Positions 29,676 through 37,307 of a stretch of 64,000 bases of DNA are shown one piece after another. Numbering within the stretch: position 1 is the stretch's first letter; the number at the start of each line of letters is the position of its first letter. Location: assembly GCA_016235455.1 (NCBI GenBank), contig JACRKZ010000067.1, forward strand, positions 111,732 through 175,731, in the 5' to 3' direction. This stretch comes from Armatimonadota bacterium (GTDB lineage Bacteria > Armatimonadota > UBA10988). The position numbers were made by a program, and so were the translations under genes. The notes under the pieces were generated by a model. That model had not been told where the DNA came from and searched no databases. It worked only from the letters and a program-made list of their open reading frames with translations.

Positions 29676-30737
29676 ATGGCCTACATGGGACCCAACCCGA
29701 CCGACGTGAACCAGACCATCGCCGAGGTCGGCATCGCCCGCGCCATCGGCAGCCACCATGTGGCCAGCCTGCTGTTCACATACCGCTGCACCATCGCCTG
29801 CGGGCACTGCCTGTTCGCCTGCTCGCCCACACTGCCCGACGTCTGCTGCGAGCTTGACGAGGCGGTCGATTGGCTGGGCCAGCTGCTGAGCACCAACCGC
29901 GTGGTGCATATCGCCGGCGGCGAGGCGATGATCGCCTGGGACCGCCTGCTGGCCGTGTGTCGCGCGGCGTCGGCGGCCGGCGCTATGCCGCACTTCATCG
30001 AGAGCAACGCCTCCTGGGCCACCTCTGATGTACTGGTGCGCGAGCGGCTGACGCTGCTGCGCGACCTGGGTCTGCGCGGCATGTTGTACAGCGCCGACCC
30101 GTACCATCAGGCGTTCGTGCCGCCCGAGCGCCGACTGCGCGCGTACACCATCGCCGTCGAGGTGTTTGGCGCCCAGAACGTCATCGCCGCGGATCTGACG
30201 CTGCCGCAATTGGAGGAACTGCGCGAGATCGGTCGCGACGAGCAACGCCTGGCCGACTACACGCGCTCGCATCCGCCCAATCTGGTCGGGCGCGCCGGCG
30301 ACTCGCTGGCCGCCCACTTCCCTGACCGACCGCTGGACGAGCTGGCCGGCGATCGCTTGTGGCACGGCGAGCACAGCCAACGGCACTGCCAGATCGAGTT
30401 CGACCCGCGGCGCATGTGGGAGATCCACATCGACCCGTACGGCAATCTGCAGACCTGCTGCGGCATCGTGCTGGGCAACCTGCGCCGTCGCTCGCTGGCC
30501 GACCTGATGGGCAACGGCTTCGACGACAGCGCCGTGCTCCGCGCCGTGCGCGACGATGGGCCGTTCGCGCTGCTGGCGCTGGCCGAGTCGCACGGCTACC
30601 AGCGCCGGCCCGGCTACAAGCAGAAGTGTCATCTCTGCTGGGAGGTGCGCAGGCACCTGCGCACGTACTATCCAGAGCAACTGGGCCCCGACGAGGTCTA
30701 TGGAGAACCGTCATCCACACCGCCATCCTCTCGCTGA
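29676..30737 (+). CDS. radical SAM protein of unknown function
   Basis: CTIACGHC (CxxxCxxC), GGEA, and a C-terminal Cys cluster (HIDPYGNLQTCCG, KCHLC). Confidence 0.88.
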   Translation: MAYMGPNPTDVNQTIAEVGIARAIGSHHVASLLFTYRCTIACGHCLFACSPTLPDVCCELDEAVDWLGQLLSTNRVVHIAGGEAMIAWDRLLAVCRAASAAGAMPHFIESNASWATSDVLVRERLTLLRDLGLRGMLYSADPYHQAFVPPERRLRAYTIAVEVFGAQNVIAADLTLPQLEELREIGRDEQRLADYTRSHPPNLVGRAGDSLAAHFPDRPLDELAGDRLWHGEHSQRHCQIEFDPRRMWEIHIDPYGNLQTCCGIVLGNLRRRSLADLMGNGFDDSAVLRAVRDDGPFALLALAESHGYQRRPGYKQKCHLCWEVRRHLRTYYPEQLGPDEVYGEPSSTPPSSR

Positions 30738-32572
30738 CCATCGCCGCGCTGACCGCACCCTCGCCCGTGCCTGACCCGCGGCATCTGTCCAACGGCTGGC
30801 CCATCCCCAGCGAGGGCTATGCTGACCAGCCTTACGTGGTGCGCTGTGACGACGGCGCCTGGCTCTGCGTGATGACCACCGGCCGCGGCGAGGAAGGCGC
30901 CACCGGGCAGCATGTGGTGGCCCTGCGCAGCCTCGACCACGGCCGCACCTGGTCGGAGATCGTGCCCATCGAGCCCGCCGACGGCCCCGAGGCCAGCTAT
31001 GCCGTGCTGCTCCGGACGCCGTTCGGCCGCGTCTATGCCTTCTACAACCACAACACCGACCGGGTGAAGGAGGTCAAGCGCGAGGACAAGGGCGTCTACC
31101 GGCGTGTGGACTCGCTGGGCCACTATGTCTTCCGCTACAGCGACGACAGCGGCAAGACCTGGTCGGCCCAGCGCTACGATGTGCCGGTGCGCGAGTTTGC
31201 CTGCGACCGCGAGAACGTCTACGGCGGCGCGCTACGCTTCTTCTGGAACGTCGGCCGCCCGCTGCCCCTCGCCGACCGCGGAGCGCTCATGGTGCTGCAC
31301 AAGGTCGGCGCCATGGGCGATGGGTTCTTCGCGCGCAGCGAGGGTGCGTTCCTCCACAGCGCCAACATCCTGATCGAGCGCGACCCGGCCAAGATCGCCT
31401 TCGACACCCTACCCGACGGTGAGGTCGGACTCCGTGCGCCGGCGGGCGGCGGGCGCGTCAGCGAAGAGCAGAGCGTCGTGCAGCTCTCTGACGGCTCGCT
31501 CTACTGCGTCTACCGCACCATCGCCGGCTGGCCCACCGCCTGCTACTCGCGGGACGGCGGGCACACCTGGACGGCACCGGCTTACATGGTGCGTGAGCCG
31601 GGCGGGCCACGCCTGAAGCATCCGCGCGCGGCCAACTTCGTCTGGAAGTGCGCCAACGGCAAGTACCTGTACTGGTTCCACAACCACGGCGGCGCGTTCG
31701 TCGGCCGCATGGCCGGCGGGCCGGACACGGTCGGGCCGCGCTACCCGGGCAGCCCGTATGACGACCGCAACCCCGCCTGGCTGGTCGCGGGTGAGGAGCG
31801 TGATACGCCCGAGGGCCGGGTCATCGTCTGGTCGCAGCCCGAGATCGTGCTGTACGACGACGACCCGTTCATCCGCATGAGCTACCCCGACCTGGTCGAG
31901 GATGGCGGCGAGACCTACCTGACCGAGACGCAGAAGACCATCGGCCGCGTCCACCTGCTGCCCCGGCCGCTGCTCGAGGGGCTATTCGGTCAGTCGAGCC
32001 ACCGTGAGGTGGCGCGCAGCGGGCTGCTGGCCGAGCATCTCGCGCCCGCGGCCGCCGTGACCATGCCCCGCCTGCCCGAACTGCTCACCCGCGACACCGC
32101 GCGCGGCGACAACGGCACTCGCGACCTGCGCGCGGGCTTCAGCCTGGAGCTGAGCCTGGCACTGACCTCGCTCGACGCCGGCCAGACACTGTTCGACTCG
32201 CGTGACGCCGACGGGCGTGGCATCCTGCTGACCACGGTCGACGGCGGCGCCGCGCGCCTGACACTCACCGACGGCCGCCAGTCGGCCGCGTGGGACAGCG
32301 ACCGGGGAGTGCTGCGCGTCGGCGCACCGACGCACCTGGTGGCAACGGTCGATGGCGGACCGAAGATCATCACCTTCGTGGTGGATGGCGTGCTGTGTGA
32401 CGGCGGCGAGCAGCGGCAGTTCGGCTGGGGTCGCTACAGCCCGACATTGCGCACGCCGCACGGCGCGGCCAGCGCGAGGCTGGCGCCGACGGTGACGGCG
32501 CTACGCATCTATGGACGGGCCTTGCGCACCAGCGAGGCCGTAGGCAATCAGCGGGCCGCACTGGCCAAGTGA
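30710..32572 (+). CDS. sialidase/BNR-repeat beta-propeller with C-terminal LamG-like domain (start uncertain)
   Basis: Asp-boxes SLDHGRTW, SDDSGKTW, SRDGGHTW; SYPD; LamG-like tail (HLVATVDG..LRIYGRALRTSE). Confidence 0.78.
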   Translation, partial: VIHTAILSLTIAALTAPSPVPDPRHLSNGWPIPSEGYADQPYVVRCDDGAWLCVMTTGRGEEGATGQHVVALRSLDHGRTWSEIVPIEPADGPEASYAVLLRTPFGRVYAFYNHNTDRVKEVKREDKGVYRRVDSLGHYVFRYSDDSGKTWSAQRYDVPVREFACDRENVYGGALRFFWNVGRPLPLADRGALMVLHKVGAMGDGFFARSEGAFLHSANILIERDPAKIAFDTLPDGEVGLRAPAGGGRVSEEQSVVQLSDGSLYCVYRTIAGWPTACYSRDGGHTWTAPAYMVREPGGPRLKHPRAANFVWKCANGKYLYWFHNHGGAFVGRMAGGPDTVGPRYPGSPYDDRNPAWLVAGEERDTPEGRVIVWSQPEIVLYDDDPFIRMSYPDLVEDGGETYLTETQKTIGRVHLLPRPLLEGLFGQSSHREVARSGLLAEHLAPAAAVTMPRLPELLTRDTARGDNGTRDLRAGFSLELSLALTSLDAGQTLFDSRDADGRGILLTTVDGGAARLTLTDGRQSAAWDSDRGVLRVGAPTHLVATVDGGPKIITFVVDGVLCDGGEQRQFGWGRYSPTLRTPHGAASARLAPTVTALRIYGRALRTSEAVGNQRAALAK

Positions 32573-32588
32573 ACCGAAAGGCGAAACG

Positions 32589-33446
32589 ATGAGCAACGGC
32601 ACACAGGACGTGGCGTACGACTTGCCGGTGGTGGCGGTGACAGCAGCCAACCTGCCGGCGGCCTGGGAGCAGGCCGTCATGCAGACCTGGGAGCGTGGCG
32701 CGCCCATCGCCACGCAATACGACCAGCCCGGCGACCCACCCTCGCGTGACGCCTTCGCCGTGATCACCGTGCTCGACCCGTTCGCCGAGCCGCGCATCCA
32801 CAAGGCCATCCCGTGCGGCATCAAGGACCTGGAAGCCTATCGCCAGGAAGTGGTCGACGGCATCCACGACCACTGGATCGACCCGGCCGCGGGCAAGTGG
32901 GAGTACACCTACCACGAGCGCATCGCCGCCTACAGCGTGCCCGGACTGGCGCAGCCGGTCGACCAGATGGCCTATGTGGTGGAGGCGCTGGCCGAGGCGC
33001 CGCACTCACGCCGCGCGCAGGCCACCACCTGGAAGCCGTGGGAAGATGCCGGCTGCATCGACCCCGCCTGCCTGCAGCGGCTGTGGTTCAGAGTGTACGG
33101 CGACCGGCTGGTGCTGCACGCCGACATGCGCTCCAACGACGCCTTCAAGGCCTCGTTCATGAACATGTACGCCTTCACCGACCTGCAGCGCGCCGTGGCC
33201 GAGCAGCTCACCGAGCGACTGGGCCGCGAGATCAAGGTCGGCCAGTACACCCACACCGCCAGCAGCTACCACATCTACGGCAGCTACTACGACGAGTTCG
33301 AACGCTTCATCGAGTCGATGACCAAGCGCTCCTTCGCCGAGCGCACCTACCGCAGCGAGATTGTCGGGCCGGTCATCGACGAGGCCCGAGCGGAGATCGC
33401 GGAGTCGCTGCGCGTCGAGCGCGAGACGGGGCGGAAGGGGCTGTAG
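32589..33446 (+). CDS. thymidylate synthase family protein, archaeal-type
   Basis: YTYHERI, SRRA, catalytic DPACLQ, MRSNDAFKASFMN, SYHIY. Confidence 0.85.
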   Translation: MSNGTQDVAYDLPVVAVTAANLPAAWEQAVMQTWERGAPIATQYDQPGDPPSRDAFAVITVLDPFAEPRIHKAIPCGIKDLEAYRQEVVDGIHDHWIDPAAGKWEYTYHERIAAYSVPGLAQPVDQMAYVVEALAEAPHSRRAQATTWKPWEDAGCIDPACLQRLWFRVYGDRLVLHADMRSNDAFKASFMNMYAFTDLQRAVAEQLTERLGREIKVGQYTHTASSYHIYGSYYDEFERFIESMTKRSFAERTYRSEIVGPVIDEARAEIAESLRVERETGRKGL

Positions 33447-33531
33447 CCCCGGCTTGACAACCGGCCCCGGCGCCGACCACACTCTCCTTGGTGCCGTCGC
33501 GTCAGCCAGCGGTCGGAGGGGAGCATCTGCC

Positions 33532-34074
33532 ATGAGCCTACTGCGTGGTCGGCGCCCGCACAGGGCGCGTTGGGCGTTGACTGCGACGCTGTGTCTGGCG
33601 GGCCTGGCGACCGCCGCCCAGGCGCGGTCGGTCAGGCCGTATGTGGTGCGGCTGACGCTCTGCGGCTGGCGCGTGGGAGCCACGAAGTTCGGCGCCCTGC
33701 ACGACGCTGGCAGCGGCTACTACCTGATCGCCACGGGCGACTGCGACGGCGCGTCGCGCTCACTCATTCCGACGCCCGACCCGCCAGAGTGGACCAAGCC
33801 GTCGCCAGTGACCCAGACCCGCCTATCCCGCCTGCGGACCGGCACCGGTGTCAACATCGGCGACACCGTCTCGGTGGTCGCGGCCAAACTCGGCGCCCGG
33901 CCGGACTCCATCAGCAACGACCGCGAGACCGGTTAGGTCACCTACGCCTACTGGCGGCAGGTGCGGCCGCGCACGTGAGGACGGAGCGACGACCGCTATA
34001 CGGCCGAGTACACCTTCCGCGACGGCACGCTGCGCGCGATACGCTACAGCGTATGCGACTCGCGCCGCTGCTAG
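33532..34074 (+). pseudogene. secreted hypothetical protein, paralog of 34214-34771, interrupted by two in-frame stops
   Basis: TAG at 33934-33936 and TGA at 33976-33978. The frame continues colinearly with the paralog (RYTAEYTFRDG vs RYGATYTFRDE) to TAG-TAA at 34072-34077. Confidence 0.75.
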
Positions 34075-34157
34075 TAAGGCGCCGGGTGCGGCGTGGGAGA
34101 CGGGGCGAAGGAGGCTGCGATTCCGTCGGGCTGGCGGCGTGCGCCGACCCATCCGAC

Positions 34158-34186
34158 TTGACACGCCCAATGCCACGAACCACGAT
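34158..34186 (+). promoter_or_regulatory. putative promoter
   Basis: TTGACA-N17-CACGAT. A similar TTGACA-N18-CACACT (33454-33483) precedes the paralog. Confidence 0.45.
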
Positions 34187-34213
34187 CTCACCGACGATGT
34201 AAGGAGTACCACG

Positions 34214-34771
34214 ATGGGGACCAGACGAGTCATCGCGGGAATCGCAGGGCTGGCGGTGCTGTTCATTGTGGCGACCGCGCTTGAGGCGGCCGCCGGCCAG
34301 CCTCGGCCCTACCTCGTGCGGCTGACTCTGGCCGGCGGCAAGTTGGTCGACCAGGCTGACTACTGCAAGTTCGACAAGAACCAAGGCTACTACCTGATTG
34401 CCACCGGCGACTGCGATGGCGCTTCCGTTGACTTGGTGCTTACGCCGGACCCCACACCCTACGGCTGGGGTGGCGACACCACGGACGGCGGCCGGCCGCC
34501 GACACCGGCTAGCCTGCCGCGCCTGCGCACGGGCACCGGCGTGAACATCGGCGAGTCGCCCAAGCAGGTGCTGGCCAAACTGGGCGCCAAGCCTGAGAGC
34601 AACACCTACGACAAGAAGACCAGAGTGCGCGAGATGTGCTTCTACGCCAAGGTCAAGGTGCGATCCATGGGTCGCGACTACACACGGTATGGTGCCACCT
34701 ACACCTTCCGCGATGAGAAGCTGTGGAAGATCGGCTACGGCATCGGGACGGAAGATGGCTGCGGTGAGTAG
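34214..34771 (+). CDS. secreted hypothetical protein
   Basis: SD AAGGAG; signal peptide; shares RPY-VRLTL, GYYLIATGDCDGAS and RLRTGTGVNIG with the upstream copy. Confidence 0.8.
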   Translation: MGTRRVIAGIAGLAVLFIVATALEAAAGQPRPYLVRLTLAGGKLVDQADYCKFDKNQGYYLIATGDCDGASVDLVLTPDPTPYGWGGDTTDGGRPPTPASLPRLRTGTGVNIGESPKQVLAKLGAKPESNTYDKKTRVREMCFYAKVKVRSMGRDYTRYGATYTFRDEKLWKIGYGIGTEDGCGE

Positions 34772-34885
34772 CTCTGCGTGCGCCACGCGCAGCGAGTAGT
34801 CTGCCGTTCCACCTCGGGGCGGATGGCGGTTCCACTCGGTGGTGGCAGTCTCCGGCGCCGACGACTGGCTTCGCTGACGCCGGTA

Positions 34886-34989
34886 TGCCGATCTCCAGAT
34901 TGGCAGTGGTCCGCAGGACCACCGATGGCCGCCGGACCGCCGCGATGTCGACCTGCGGCTCCGCCTCCCGCCGATGCCAATCTGGAGAT
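34886..34989. repeat. REP-like inverted doublet
   Basis: 15-bp perfect inverted repeat ATCTCCAGATTGGCA (34891-34905) / TGCCAATCTGGAGAT (34975-34989). The left unit is itself a hairpin (TGCCGATCT-CC-AGATTGGCA). Confidence 0.6.
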
Positions 34990-35086
34990 GCCGCCAGTTC
35001 TGCTGGCTCAGCGCACCGCCACTGGCGGCACTGACCGGCCAATGGAGCCGCCATTCGCCGCCGCGCAGAACGACAGACACCACCGC

Positions 35087-35629
35087 CTACTTGATCACAT
35101 ACTTCACGTGCCCATCAAGCCACAGCGCGTTCTTGCCGCCGTTGTCGCTGCCGGCCCAGTGCCAGATCTGCGCGTCGAGCAGACACGGCAGATTGGTCAG
35201 GTCCTGGCCCATGAAGCGCGGGTGCGACCACTTCACGCCGTTGAACAGCTCCACCCAGCCGTAGCTCGTGTGTTCGGTCTGGAAGTAGTTCTCGTCGCCT
35301 GACGGGCACTCCCAGATCTGGGTGTTCTTGATGTGGGTGTTCTTGATGTAGGGGTTGATGACCAGATCGCCGCGACCCAACGTGGGCGTCACCGACGGCT
35401 GGGAGGCCAGGTAGGGCAAGCGGCTGTCGTAGTCCTCGGCGTACATGCGCACCGCCAGACCAATCTGCTTGCAGTTGGAGGCGCAGGTGGTCTGCTCGGC
35501 CTTCTCGCGCGCCTTGGCGAAGACGGGGAACAGGATCGCCGCCAGGATGGCGATGATGGCGATCACCACCAGCAACTCGATCAGCGTGAATGCGGCCCGC
35601 CGCCGCGATTGCCTCGTCATCTTGGTCAC
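35087..35629 (-). CDS. prepilin-type N-terminal cleavage/methylation, DUF1559 and H-X9-DG-like protein
   Basis: [33 protein letters not shown]; MYAEDYD; WECPS; [14 protein letters not shown] overlap with the upstream gene. Confidence 0.88.
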   Translation of the reverse strand: MTKMTRQSRRRAAFTLIELLVVIAIIAILAAILFPVFAKAREKAEQTTCASNCKQIGLAVRMYAEDYDSRLPYLASQPSVTPTLGRGDLVINPYIKNTHIKNTQIWECPSGDENYFQTEHTSYGWVELFNGVKWSHPRFMGQDLTNLPCLLDAQIWHWAGSDNGGKNALWLDGHVKYVIK

Positions 35630-36489
35630 CTCAGATTGCCCAACGCCCGCACGACCGGCATCAGCTCGGCCTGATCCCTCGCGTCGAACCGCACGAACAC
35701 GCCCATGCCATGCTCAACCAGCGGTTTGAGCGCCTGCTGCACCTCGGCCCGCGTGGCCGGGTCGGCCTGGGCCAACGCCTGCGCATAGCCGCCGATGCGA
35801 CTGACCAGCCGCTGCACCGTGGCCTGGCGGTCCGTGGGCGACATGGCGTGATAGCCGGCCATGGCCTGGCCCAGCCCAGCCTCCAGCACCCGGTTGCGCT
35901 GGTCGACCGGGAGCGCGCTCAGCGCCCGCAACATGCCCAGCGCCTGCTCGGCGTTCGGCCGGCTCAGCAGCCAGCCCTGGGTCCAGGAACAGCCCGCCTG
36001 CACGGCCACGGTGTCCAGCACCGTGCGCAGGTCCGTCTCGGCCAGCGTCAACTTCAGCTTGGTCTGCGCCACCTCCGGCAGGCAACGCACCTTGAGACCA
36101 GTCGAAGCCTCCAGGTCCTGGGCCAACGTGGCCAGCGCCACCTCATCAGTGTAGCCCAGGGACGCGCGCTTGTCGCCAGCCAACTCCGGCTGCTTGGCCC
36201 CCTCTGCCTTGGGGCGGAAGACGATGCAGCGACTCGCGGTCAACAAGGCCTCGCGCGCCACCGTCTGCACCGCGGTCGACTTCGTTGCCTGCCGCTGCAG
36301 CGTCAGCTTGCCCTCGACATCCACGTCCAGCAACACCGGCTCGCCCGTCAGGCGCGTTAGCTCAGTCGCCACCTGGGCCGCATCGGCCGCATTGAAGCTC
36401 AGCGTCACCGCCTCCTCGGCCGGCGCCTGCGCCCAGGCAGCCCCCACCAGCGCAGCCGCGCAACCAGCCGCTAGCCACCACTTCCTCAT
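35626..36489 (-). CDS. secreted protein with two secretin-N0/STN-like domains and a helical C-terminus
   Basis: Signal peptide; [37 protein letters not shown] resembles GspD N0; second repeat [42 protein letters not shown]; no secretin barrel. Confidence 0.6.
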   Translation of the reverse strand: MRKWWLAAGCAAALVGAAWAQAPAEEAVTLSFNAADAAQVATELTRLTGEPVLLDVDVEGKLTLQRQATKSTAVQTVAREALLTASRCIVFRPKAEGAKQPELAGDKRASLGYTDEVALATLAQDLEASTGLKVRCLPEVAQTKLKLTLAETDLRTVLDTVAVQAGCSWTQGWLLSRPNAEQALGMLRALSALPVDQRNRVLEAGLGQAMAGYHAMSPTDRQATVQRLVSRIGGYAQALAQADPATRAEVQQALKPLVEHGMGVFVRFDARDQAELMPVVRALGNLR

Positions 36490-36514
36490 CCCACCATCTC
36501 CTCCCGAGCTGCGT

Positions 36515-36602
36515 TTGACGCCTTCCGGCGCCGGCGCTATGATACTGATATCAGTATCAGCTCGCTGGTGATAGTGATATCAGTATCACCAGGGCGTGTC
36601 AA
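36515..36602. promoter_or_regulatory. overlapping divergent promoters with two palindromic operators
   Basis: Plus strand TTGACG-N17-TATGAT (36515-36543); minus strand TTGACA (36602-36597)-N17-TATCAC; operators TGATACTGATATCAGTATCA (36540-36559, perfect) and TGATAGTGATATCAGTATCA (36569-36588, one mismatch). Confidence 0.85.
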
Positions 36603-36618
36603 GAGGGATTTCGGATCC

Positions 36619-37260
36619 ATGGTGGAGCCAGCCGACGAAGCAAGGCCGCGCAAGCGGGGCAGCCGCGAGGAGAGCCGACACCGGCTGGTGGAGGCCGCCA
36701 TCGACCAGATCCGCGAGCATGGCGCAGCGGCCCTGACCACGGTGAGCGTCACTCGGGCGGCGGGCATGGCGCAGTCGGGCTTCTACCAGCACTTCCGCGA
36801 CCTGGATGAGTGCAAGGCAGCGGCGGCCCATGAAGTGGCGCGCGAGCTGCGCGAGTTCCTGCGCGAGCAGCACGCGCGGAGCAAGTCGCCAGGCGACCTG
36901 GAGGAACTGACGGCCAACCACCGGGCCATTTTGGAGCTATTCACCAGCCACGGGCACCTGCCCGATATGGTGGTGCGCTGCCGCTACGATCTGTCGCCGC
37001 TGGGCGATGCGATGCGGCAGTTGCTGAGCGATGTGCGCACCGTGCTGGCCGACAATCTGGCTGAGGCGTTCGGCGTCCTGGGCTTACCCGACCTGGGTCC
37101 CGCGCGCTTCGCGGTGACCGCCGAACTGATCGTCGGCATGGTACTGGCCGCCGGCGAGTCACTGCTCGACGGCCGCGCCACCGATGTGGACCTGATCGCT
37201 CGGGAGCTGACCGCGGCCGTGGCCGGCATCGGCCTGGCCGCGGCCTACATGAGCCAGTGA
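36619..37260 (+). CDS. TetR/AcrR-family transcriptional regulator
   Basis: SRHRLVEAAIDQIREHGAAALTTVSVTRAAGMAQSGFYQHFRDLDE helix-turn-helix. Confidence 0.92.
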   Translation: MVEPADEARPRKRGSREESRHRLVEAAIDQIREHGAAALTTVSVTRAAGMAQSGFYQHFRDLDECKAAAAHEVARELREFLREQHARSKSPGDLEELTANHRAILELFTSHGHLPDMVVRCRYDLSPLGDAMRQLLSDVRTVLADNLAEAFGVLGLPDLGPARFAVTAELIVGMVLAAGESLLDGRATDVDLIARELTAAVAGIGLAAAYMSQ

Positions 37261-37264
37261 CCGC

Positions 37265-37299
37265 CCGCCGGGCTCCGCGTCAGCCGCGGAGCCCGGCGG
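37265..37299. terminator. hairpin between convergent genes
   Basis: 15-bp perfect stem CCGCCGGGCTCCGCG / CGCGGAGCCCGGCGG. Confidence 0.6.
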
Positions 37300-37307
37300 A
37301 GCCGACG

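Noticed and set aside
33934-33978. Genome-wide stop-codon reassignment
   Set aside because: TAG and TGA both terminate conserved genes in this window (pheS, rpmI and mreB end in TAG; rplT and maf end in TGA).
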